A stretch of 62,345 bases of DNA, filler included, from Bipalium vagum (taxonomy: Eukaryota), in the NCBI GenBank assembly GCA_037834085.1. It is 3 parts of 3 records of this genome, joined end to end, with 100 filler letters (N's around TTAATTAATTAA, not from the genome) between each part and the next. Parts side by side here need not be neighbours in the genome. Positions count along the whole stretch, not along the records: positions 1 to 23,813 come from JBBMKC010206155.1; positions 23,914 to 44,549 come from JBBMKC010248952.1; 1 more part is not named here. One strand, written 5' to 3'. The notes under the pieces were generated by a model. It ran no database searches, was not told where the DNA came from, and worked only from the letters and a program-made list of their open reading frames with translations. Position 1 is the stretch's first letter; each line of letters begins with the position of its first letter. Positions 14,036-24,001 of this stretch are shown here, one piece after another. Position numbers and translations under genes: made by a program.

Positions 14036-15829
14036 TTAAATTTAAAATTTTTCGCTCTTGTTTATTTATTAGTATTCAGTATTTATTTATTAAGTATTTC
14101 GATAACCCCTTAATTATTATCATTATAAGTTTCAATCTGATTTAATAATTTTTTATTACTATCTAATTAAAGTGTTTTTTTTTAAAAAGTTGTGATGTAA
14201 TAATATTATTGCATAAGTGTTTTCAAGCTATTTATTACTATTGGATTGTAAAATAGAAGTTAAAATAATTAAATAAATATTTTAACTTCAGCAAAATTCT
14301 TAAGTCGATAATTTTTTAAGATAAATATAATACCAAAATTGGTAACATAAAATAAAACTAATAATAAATTTGACAAACAAGATCAATAATGAATAATTAT
14401 ATTTAATCCTTAATTTTTATTCAATAAAGATTTGAAAATATCATTGTGTGATAATTTGAATTGTTTGTCTTGTTAAGTACCGATTATTATTTCGATTTCC
14501 GAAATTAAATTATGGACCTGAATTTTCTTAATGTTAATAAATTTGTAATCATTTATTTATTTTTCTTAAACCAGTAAAACATATCGCAACATATTATCAC
14601 AACCAGTTTTGTTGAAGACCGCAAGTTAATCAATAAATTATTTTTCAAAAAGCAGTTTTAACTTTTTTACCGTGCGACATCAATGAGCCTACATTAAGTC
14701 CATTGTAAAATCAAAAAATAAAAATAAAATAATAAAAATATATATAAAATAAAAATTAAACACAAGACAAGACCAAATTTGTTGATGATTTTTAAACATT
14801 TAATTTTTAAAAAGTTTTGAATTTTGATTGATTTCACTTCTTTTATTGTTACTCTCCCCCTCAATTGTATTTGAGTATTGTAAAAATTAATGGTTTTCAA
14901 ATAAAATCTGTATTAGGAAGCGGCTTTTATTGGTTTGCCTCAAACTATCCTCTGTCCTATGTCCCTCCCTGTTACCTTGTCAGTCGTTCTTATATTATCA
15001 ATTCAAAAATTGAAAATCACAAAAAAATGTTAAAATCAATCTAAAGTTCGTTTCTTCTAATCAATAAAATATAGGGAAATCTACTTTCACAATATTGATA
15101 ACATAATAATAAAAATCTACTTTGATAAATTATTCATAAGAAAATCAATAATAATAATATTGATTAGTTTTAATTGATTTAAGTAAATCATTTTTCTGAA
15201 AATTAACAGTAGAATTTTATTTATGTTTATTTTTGTGAACTCAAAGGAAAATAAATCAAAATGTTTTTTCCGTCTGTGTGTTCGTCCGTCTGTCTGGTGA
15301 ACATTACCCAGTTAAAGGACATGAGATCAAGAGATGATCGAAGATCAACGATATATTTTTTCCGAGATTAAAGCGAGAGAGGGGCCGATAACAGTCCAAT
15401 ATAATGAAAAAAAATACTCAATAATCAATTTATTCTACTTGAATTAAATACCAAATTTTAAAAATTCTTTGAATATCTAACAACAGATAATGAATACTCG
15501 CAGTTTCAACAGGAAAAAGACAAAATAAAAAATACCCGAAAGAAAGTTGAAAAGAAATCATTACAATCATATAAATTGTTTACATTACCTATTATTATTA
15601 TTATTACAGATTATCATTTTAAGTATTATTATAGATTAATTTGTTGTTGATCTTTAATATTGATCTATTTATAATTATCTCAACATGGAAAATAAATAGT
15701 GAATTTCAACGAAATCAATAACGTTTCTTAAAAACTTACAAAAATCGAATTTATATAAAATCGAAATTAAGTAATAAAAATTCGATTCTATTTTTTAAAA
15801 ATCAATATTTATGATACAAAAAATTTTAC

Positions 15830-15997
15830 CATTGAACTTGGAGATTTTTCTTCGGAAATCGTCCTAAAATTTGAATTATACAAATTATTAGTCAATTCTT
15901 TTGGATATTCAAATCCACTGGCTGGAAATTTACGAAGATTATTGACGGAATTATTGGATCGTTTATCAGTGTAAGATGTCTCTTTTCCACCGTACAT
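15830..15997 (-). CDS. Probable first coding exon of the same orphan gene (MYGGKETSY...KSPSSM)
   Basis: ATG preceded by in-frame stops; 56 codons ending at phase-0 donor ATG|GTAAAA, matching the phase-0 acceptor at 4499. Confidence 0.6.
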
Positions 15998-16393
15998 ATT
16001 TCGTGGAATACGTTTTATTTATCAAATAACTCTAATGAACAGACTAACGAAATTTAAATCAACATAATCAGAAAACATTTAAATCATACTTGAAAATTCG
16101 AATGTAGCTATAATTTAATTTATATCGTTCATTTATTTAAACAAAAACAATAATAGAAAAATTTATTAAAATGAAAGCAAAATACATGATTAGTTTTTTT
16201 TACAAACAATTTTCTAAATTTATTTTTCAGTAATTAAATAGGTTTTCATTTTCAAAAATTTTATATTTATAAATTGGCATTTTTCTTTTCAACAAGGACA
16301 AATATAGAAACAACAAAATATAATAATTATTATTATCATTATTTACACAAGGCAAAATCTCAAATGAACATAATGTTTCGTTTCCAAACCAAT

Positions 16394-16516
16394 TCAAAAA
16401 AGAATTTGACTTTGATCCAGCTCGACAAGCTTTCTAATTAAATCTGGATTGATATTATACTCAAAATCACACAATATCTGATGATAATCTTCTCGTTCCG
16501 GAATGCAAGGTATATC
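16394..16516 (-). CDS. BET exon 10: C-terminal motif-like end (DIPCIPEREDYHQILCDFEYNINPDLIRKLVELDQSQILF*)
   Basis: Follows a 60-nt intron ending tttctag; 41 codons to TGA; QILCDFEYNI resembles the BRD4 CTM ending DLLSIFEENL. Confidence 0.75.
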   Translation of the reverse strand, partial: DIPCIPEREDYHQILCDFEYNINPDLIRKLVELDQSQILF

Positions 16517-19500
16517 CTAGAAAATAAAAAATCGCAGTTTTAATAATGAACAAAAATGACACGTTTTTGTTATTACTAAAGCTCTTTGTTTGCTATCATT
16601 GATGGACAATTCCTTCATTCTGATCATGTCTTCTTCCCGTTTAAGGTTCTCAGAAAAATGCTGTTGTTTCCTGGTCTCGTTTAAAGCCTGCATCTTAAGA
16701 ATATGTTGCATCTTTTGCTCTTCATCCTGCTTCAACCTCACCATCCGCAGTTCTTCTTCTTGTTTCTTTACATTTTCAAGAGCTTGTGCATTCTGTACAA
16801 TTTGTCTCAGGCCTTCACTCAGCTGTTTCGTGTTGGTATTGCTATACATCGGATGAGGTATGGAAAGACTTTTCGGTTTCAAAGAAGAGTTGTTGATCAA
16901 ATTTGTCTTGTTGTCTGCACTGGATGATTTGTTCCAAAGCGCTTTGTAGATCGGTCGTTTTGGGGTGTTGTCCTTTTTGTCGTCATCTTCCTCTTTATCG
17001 GACGAGTCTGATGAATCAGTCAGTCGCGATTCTCCATTGGTATTATTGGTACTGGCGACAAACCTTTCTGATTGATTTAATTGATTCAGTGGTTGGGCTT
17101 CGATAAATGGTTTTATTGATTCGGCTGGAATTTCGTTGCTGACACTCGCAGAAACGGTCTGACAACTCGGTTCGATTGTGATTGTGCTGCTGTTGATGGT
17201 TGTTGTCGTGGTGGTGCTTGTGGCAGTTGGAGCTGAACTTTTCATCAGGTTGTTGAAAAACTCATTGTCCGACGACGACGAAGCTGAAATGGCAAAAACC
17301 GCCGAAAAAGGTGAATTATTGACAAGCACAGAAACTCAAACAAAAACCAACCATCTGAATTCGAGTCTGATGCATCACTGTCCGACGAGTCTGAAGAGTG
17401 GGAATCACTGTCACCGTCATTATTCCCGACTAAAGACGATTTAAAAATGCCCCAACAGCCGATAGATGTAACGAGTTTGAAAGTTATGAATACAAACACA
17501 ATTATATTTCATTTCACATGCTGCTACTATTTTTTTGTTCAAACCCCACATCACAATCATTCATATAATCAAAAAATATTTCGATCAAGTAAAAACTAAT
17601 TTTTCTTTTCATTATTCAATTCCCGATAATATTTATCAAAACAAAATCAAAGGTAAGGTAAATGTAATAAATTAATTGAAAAAATTTATTGATAAACTTT
17701 AAAAATCGATATTTTGTGAAATTACAATTTTAGGCAGAAAATAGAACGATTATTTTAGTTAATTATGACTTTTTTAAAAAAATATTTCATGAATGAATGA
17801 AATATTTATGAGATAACATTTTAAAGTTTTTTATTTGTTAATTTATTTTTAAAAATTGCATTTTATGAAATAAAAGACTGGTTACTTTGTAAATCCAGTT
17901 GTAATTTTAAATATATAAATATCATTATTTTAATAAAATAACATTTAAAACAAAAAATATCTGTAATAAAATAGATTTTTTATGAAAATATTCAAAATGT
18001 TAATAAATACTAGATACAGACTACTTTTAGAGTTAACCAAGTTTTTAAAAATGAAAATGTTATTAATATTCATTATTGGTCGAAAAAATCAGATTGTGAT
18101 TTTTAAAAATTTCGATTGAAAAATCGAACTTAAAAGGAAAAATAACCAATAAGTTTTGAAGTCAAATAAATAAATAATATTGGAAAAAATAATCTTTTCA
18201 CAACAATAATTTTAATATAAGGTAAAAAGAAAACTATTATTAATTTAAATTTTTTTAAAATCAATAAATCAATATTTATTTAAAAAATTCCCAAGAATAA
18301 TAAAAATAACATACGAAAATTCAAAAAATGTGCCTTATAAAATTGATTCGAAGATTTACCGATTACATACATACACAGAAAAACAAGGTCGAAAAACAAA
18401 TTGATTTTTATATAGATTCCACATCAGGAAGAGAAAAGAGAGATGAAGTTGGGAATTAGAGAGAGGGAGAAACGGAAACGGAAAAGAAAGAAAAATAAGA
18501 AGCAATGTGAAATGAAATATCGCGCTTTCGACAACTTTCGTCTCGTTATCATAACCACCAATACCTGGTTGGCCAGTCGCCGTTGCTGAGGTAGACAGCG
18601 CACCCTTTTTCAACAGCCTCTCCCGCTTTTTCTCAAGATATCTGTCGGCAAACTCCCTCAAACTGTGCAACGTCACTAGTTTCATCGTGTGGAAATCAAT
18701 CTCGCATTCGCCGTCTAATGATTGCACGTCCTCGGTTTTCTTGTAAATATTGAGAATCTTTTCCGAACATTTCTCTCCCAATTGGCGCAGGTCCTGACTC
18801 AGTTGCATCCGGTCTTCGATTGTGAACTGTCTCAACGCTGGTTTCGATGATCCTCCCTGTCCCGTTGCTATGGCTGTTGTCATTACTTGATCTGAAAGGA
18901 TAATAATAATAAACCAAAAATATATTTATCAACGTACCTCTCTGTTGTATTAGTGGCGACGGTGTTGGTTCCGACATCATTTTATAGAGACCATTTAACG
19001 TTGCTGGCTTCAATTTCAATAGGCTGACCGAAACAACGTTCTGGTTCTCCGATTTGTTAATGAACTCTCTGACCTTCATCCCCATTTCCACCGATAGAGA
19101 TCCGATCCAAGTTTTGATTTCTTTCAAACGAGCGTTAAAAGCTTCTTTGTTTTTCGTCGATTTGGCTAAATTATAATAATATAACCTAATTTTCAAACTT
19201 GTTATAAAAATTTAACAAAATAAAATCGTTTTTTTTTATAATCAATATGAAATTAAAAAATATATTTTAGTATAATGTTCGAGAAAAAAAATTAGTCAAT
19301 GATATTTGGTAGTCTATCCTTTAAGAAACTCATTTAATAAATCAATGGATTCACGAAAAAATATATATTACCAATTGTAACAGATTGAGTTTTATTGATT
19401 GATTAATTATTCAAAGTTATTTAACAAAAAAATAAAATTAACTGTTTAATTATTAATCAATCGCAGTATTACCACTCATTATTAATCAATTATTTCGTGA

Positions 19501-22500
19501 TTAATGAATATCGATTTTTACTAAAAACATAATAAAAAAATGAATAAAACAGATTATCGATTTTTCTCTAACTGAAAGTAATATGAGGAAATAAATAGTG
19601 AACAATGAAGCGATTGTTTATGTTATGATTAGAAAATCAAAAAACTAAATTCCTTTATACTTACATATTTCATTTGGACTAGTTCCGGTTCCAACTCCGG
19701 TTCCAGTGGATTTCACCATGGTTTTTGAATAATCCATTGTCATTGTTGAATCAGAAAAGTTCGTCGACATCGATTCACGAGATTGACTGTGGTGTTGTGA
19801 TGGTGGCGGGGGCAACAAGTGACTAGTGTTACTGTTGCCAATGGTGCTGTTGTTGTTGATATGATTTCTAAAACGATATCGTAAAAAAATCAAAGACAAT
19901 ATCTTTTATTACAGTGTTCTTTTTGGAATCGATGTGCCACCAGCAACGCTACTCGTGGTGGAACTGAAAGCGGTCGCGGCGACTAATAACGTTGATCCCG
20001 TGATGGTTTTGTTCAACGAACTGACGATGGCAGAGGAAGAATTGGACGACGAGGACGATGCAGAGATAGAGGAGGAAATGTCGGCGGATGATGTTTTGAA
20101 TGGTTCTTCGTTTGACTGAGATTTTGGTTGTTTTATAGATCGTTTTGTGGTCGTGTCCATCGACCGATGATGATCCGATGTTTTGCCTGCGTCCGGTTTC
20201 TGAACCAAACCTGATTTCGGAGATTTGGACATAACACTTCTGCTTTCCAGCAATTTCAAAGACTGATTCGATTGGGTCTTTGTGAAATTATCGATGGTTT
20301 TAGAACCAGATGATTTCGATTTCATTAACGATTGCTTTGGTGAAAAAGTTTTCGACGAAGACGACGAAGACTCGTAACCGACCAATGTCGATGTCGATAA
20401 TGGTGGTTTTTTGGCAATCTGTTCTGTCATTCCCACAATTGATTGGGACATGTGGTTTTGGTGCACGGTTGCTTTGAAAAGTTTTATTAGATCCGACGCA
20501 TTGAGATGATCGATCGACTGCTGAATTTCTCTGTTTTGTTTGATGATATATTCGTGCTGAAATCAAAAAAACAATTATAGTTTTTAGTGAAGCGAAAGGT
20601 GAAATAGATTAAAGTTGAAAAGTAACGAAATTGAAATTTAATTAAACGAATTGTGAATTTTATGTTTATAAATTATAATGATCGATTATTATTAATATAT
20701 TATAATAAATTAAAATTATTATTACTACCGTCAATAATTATGTGTAAAATCAAAACCAAGGCGAAAATATATTATGTATCATTCCAAAATAATAAAAATT
20801 AACAAACAGTTACGTAACTCCTCTCCATGCAAACTATTTGTGGAACAATTTAAAGATTTAAATTGAATTGAATGAAATAATTCTATAAAAAACGTGTACC
20901 ATAGAATCAATTTCGGATTGTCGCTTCAAGATTTTTTGGAGCAGTGGTTGCAAATCGTCACAATTTGGCGGCGCCATTGCCTGAGACGACGATAACGATG
21001 ATGACAGTGGAGTTTTCTTTGTTACGTTATTAGAGAAAGCGTTGTGATACAGTTCCAGGAACACGGCTTCCAGCAACTTTCCACACCGGTTGACCTCGTG
21101 TCCCTCGGGGTTGTATAGGTAACAGTTGCGGAAGATTTGTCGAACGTCATCACCGAACTGCTCATTTGTCTGATAGCAGCCGTCGGATAGCTTCCGCTTC
21201 ACCGTTCCGAGATCCATTGGCTTCTTAACAACGTCGAAGTAATCATGTAGTTTCAGTCCCTCAACATCTACGGGCTCGAGAAAATATCGATTGATATTCT
21301 AAATATAGATTTCATCTAGGTCAAAAAATTTCACAAACAGTGTGTTTTAAAATTAATCGATAAAGTAAAAAAAATCGATATTTTTAAATATATTTAATAA
21401 AATATGATTATTTTTACACGGATAATTAATGATAAGTAAGGAAATTCTTTAACGAAAACATAATTTTATTGATTTTTTTTTCAAATTATCATCTAGATAA
21501 ATGTAATTTCGAAAAATTCAAAAAAATGAAATCAATAAAGAACCATGGCCTTTTTTAATCAGTGTAAAAAAATTGAAAAATCTCTCGTTATTATTTAAAT
21601 GATCAATATTCAAAGACAAAATATATCTATATAAAATATTTTTAATTTTATTGATTTTCTAATCAACTATCGTTATCTTCTCATCCCTCAATTGTAAAAT
21701 AATCAATAAAACAGAAATGGGGAAAAATTAATTTTAATATCAAATTATAACTAATTCAGAACAAGCTTTTCAGAATAAAAGATCTTTTATTTATTTATCG
21801 AAAGTCAATATTTCTAAAAATAACCTCAATCTCAATAAATAACCATTTTCAAATTGAAATTGGAAAAATAAAAAGATCGAATAATCTATCTAATGACTTA
21901 TTATTAAAAGATATAGACAAAAAAACGAAGCCCGACTCACGTTATATTTTTTCGAAATCAAACTCAAAATTATGTGTTTGCAAGCCTTGAGATCGATTCC
22001 GAACTTGGTCTTCTTCGCAGACGGCGGCTCTTCCCGAATCAATAAATTTCCGGCTTCTGATCGACTTCGCTTTTGACTGGAAACAGCACTTTTACCCATT
22101 TGAGCAATCGGCGTTCCCGATCCGCCATTAAGAACCACACTTGGCTTGGCATTGTTGTTGTGCAGTTTGATCGATTTCCGTTTCTTCACCCGGTTGGTCT
22201 TGGGAGTATGGAAAGCCGTATCGATCCCATAATGCTCGGGCACGGGTAAATCGGCCATTTTGCGCTTGAATAGGTTCTCCAACTTCAGAGCCATCTCCAC
22301 GTACAGTGAACCAGGCTCGTTGAAGATATAACAATTCCGAAATATGTCCAGAAAATCATTCTTGCATTCGTTGGCTGTCTGGTAGATTTGCTTATCCAGC
22401 TTCATTTTGATAGTGCCCAAATCCATGGGGCATTTGATGAGCTTAGGGTATTGCTAGCAGAAAAATCAGAACATTTTTTTGTTTTGCCAAACTTACAGGT

Positions 22501-22619
22501 ACATGGAGAGCTTCGGGGTTGACTGGGATTTTGAAAGGTTCGGAGTAAGAATTTCTCAGAAGTACATTTATGACGTTTCGTTTAATGTACAATAACTGAT
22601 TGGTGTAAGGAAGCTCCAT
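16394..22619 (-). CDS. BRD4: BET-family double-bromodomain protein (BRD2/3/4/T, fs(1)h-like), long form; 10 coding exons: 22619-22497, 22453-21941, 21298-20900, 20556-19913, 19867-19665, 19165-18938, 18891-18565, 17429-17352, 17283-16577, 16516-16394 (3345 nt, 1114 aa)
   Basis: BD1 (TNQLLY...PMDLGTIK...NCYIFN), BD2 (PVDVEGLKLHDY...PMDLGTVK...NCYLYNPEGHEV), coiled coil, ET domain (QLSQDL...EIDFHTMKLVTLHSL), SEED-like tract and a C-terminal motif-like end. All nine introns are GT-AG with compatible phases. The symbol indicates the family; one-to-one orthology is not established. Confidence 0.9.
16577..17283 (-). CDS. BET exon 9: C-terminal low-complexity and coiled-coil region
   Basis: tttcag acceptor; long open frame (ORF 16517..17329) with a charged helix (KKQEEELRMVRLKQDEEQK); donor GTAATA. 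Confidence 0.85.
17352..17429 (-). CDS. BET exon 8: SEED-like Ser/Asp tract
   Basis: tttag acceptor; GNNDGDSDSHSSDSSDSDASDSNSD; 78 nt, phase 1-1. Confidence 0.8.
18565..18891 (-). CDS. BET exon 7: canonical ET domain
   Basis: Follows a 46-nt intron; RQFTIEDRMQLSQDLRQL...ECEIDFHTMKLVTLHSLREFADRYLEKK; donor ccag|GTATTG. Confidence 0.88.
18938..19165 (-). CDS. BET exon 6: putative degenerate ET-like domain
   Basis: Symmetric phase 1-1 exon of 228 nt; EIKTWIGSLSVEMGMKVREFINKSE...VSVSLLKLKPATLNGL resembles the ET consensus. Confidence 0.8.
19665..19867 (-). CDS. BET exon 5: low-complexity region (PPPPSQHH)
   Basis: Follows a 45-nt intron; ttttag acceptor, GTAAGT donor, phases 2 to 1. Confidence 0.85.
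19913..20556 (-). CDS. BET exon 4: coiled coil and Ser/Lys/Thr-rich low-complexity region
   Basis: Acceptor tttcag; HEYIIKQNREIQQSIDHL...; phase-2 donor GTAATA at 19912. Confidence 0.85.
20900..21298 (-). CDS. BET exon 3: BD2 and start of coiled coil
   Basis: Acceptor tttag; NINRYFLEPVDVEGLKLHDYFDVVKKPMDL...YNPEGHEV; donor GTACAC at 20899; 399 nt, phase 0-0. Confidence 0.92.
21941..22453 (-). CDS. BET exon 2: rest of BD1, basic linker/NLS (PPSAKKTK), start of BD2
   Basis: Follows a 43-nt intron ending ctgctag; QYPKLIKCPMDLGTIK...; donor GTGAGT at 21940. Confidence 0.92.
22497..22619 (-). CDS. BET exon 1: start of BD1 (MELPYTNQLLYIKRNV...EPFKIPVNPEALHVP)
   Basis: ATG at 22619, donor GTAAGT at 22496; an acceptor (acgacag) lies 15 nt upstream of the ATG, so upstream exon(s), non-coding or in frame, probably exist. 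Confidence 0.85.
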
Positions 22620-23277
22620 TTTAAATAATTTCAACTGTCGTTAAATAGACTATTAAACTATAATAATATTAAAATATTATTAAGATTTTTATTATTGATT
22701 TTAGATGAAAAGTGATGGTTTGTACTTTTAAAAATAACCTACATATATATATTTAGCAATATAACTTGTTGAAATTTTCAATAATTTAAAAACAACACAT
22801 TAAACAAACAAATCTAATTATTAAAATGAATCATAAAATAACGATTAAAAACTTAATATGAATTTATAATTAAGAATAAATTTAATATAGTAAATTGTAG
22901 TAATAATATAAATTTAATATAAAACTTCTAGTTTTTCTTTTACAGAATTAAAGAGTGAAAATCGTTCACATTTTGGTTATACGTTAAATTAATTATTGAA
23001 TTAATGAGAAAAATTTAAACTATTTCATTAAAATTATTAGTCTTAAATAAAAAATAAGGTTAATGTTAATGAATATGAAATTACTGATAAATTTTTTATA
23101 CTCTAATTTTAAAATATTCATTTACAATAATTTAAAACTATTAATTGCGTTTATAGGTGGCTAATTGCTTGCTTTTGTAATATTAAATACAAGATTGATA
23201 GAAAAAAATGAATAGTATATATTATTAAAATAATAACAGAAATAAATATTTATCTCAAAGTTAAAATTAAGGTAATA

Positions 23278-23720
23278 TACACAACCGTCCATAAAAAGGT
23301 TACCACCTTAAAATTTTCAATAATTTAGCATTTAAATTGCTATAAAACAAAAATTTTAAAGATAATCAACAACGGTTTTTTTTGCATGTTATGGAATGTT
23401 TATTTACAAATGCAATACATTAAAATATGTTCAGTATTTTATAGATCCACCACACATCTGATTACTTCCTTCAAACGAGTAAGTTTATTCCAAATCATGT
23501 TACTGATGAATTCTCGTGGTATTGCTTCTAATTCTGACCTGACCAGTTTCCATAGATTTTTTTTTTGTTATTAATACCTTTTCTATGAATTCTTCTTTCA
23601 ATGTAGTCCCATCAATATTCAACCGGATATAAATCTGGATATTTTGGTGGCCAATCCAGGGTAACAGGTATCAAGTTTTGTTCCAGCCACATTTTAATAT
23701 GCCATACATCTACATATACG
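23278..23720 (-). mobile_element. Tc1-like transposon 3' remnant
   Basis: Minus-strand WPPKYPDLYPVE (degenerate SPDLNPIE) and a TIR-like end near 23280. Confidence 0.65.
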
Positions 23721-23813
23721 TCCATATAAACGTATATCAAAAAGTCAGTGCGTTTTTATTGCACAGTTTAAAAACATTTATTTAATATAACAAAAACAAT
23801 ATTAATCTATTAT

Positions 23814-23913
23814 NNNNNNNNNNNNNNNNNNNNNNNNNNNNNNNNNNNNNNNNNNNNTTAATTAATTAANNNNNNNNNNNNNNNNNNNNNNNNNNNNNNN
23901 NNNNNNNNNNNNN
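23814..23913. other. Assembly gap with synthetic linker (44 N + TTAATTAATTAA + 44 N)
   Basis: Exactly 100 bp; the 12-mer gives stops in all six frames; same layout as the second gap. Confidence 0.97.
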
Positions 23914-23953
<40 letters not shown>

Positions 23954-23954
23954 G

Positions 23955-23986
<32 letters not shown>

Positions 23987-24001
23987 CATTATTATCATTA
24001 T
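23914..24001. repeat. (TAT)n microsatellite
   Basis: Near-perfect tandem TAT run next to the gap. Confidence 0.95.

Noticed and set aside
16590-20566. Antisense and alternate-frame ORFs over the BET exons (e.g. 16590-16856, 17178-17444, 19934-20119, 20300-20566)
   Set aside because: Explained by low-complexity codon use of the real minus-strand exons.
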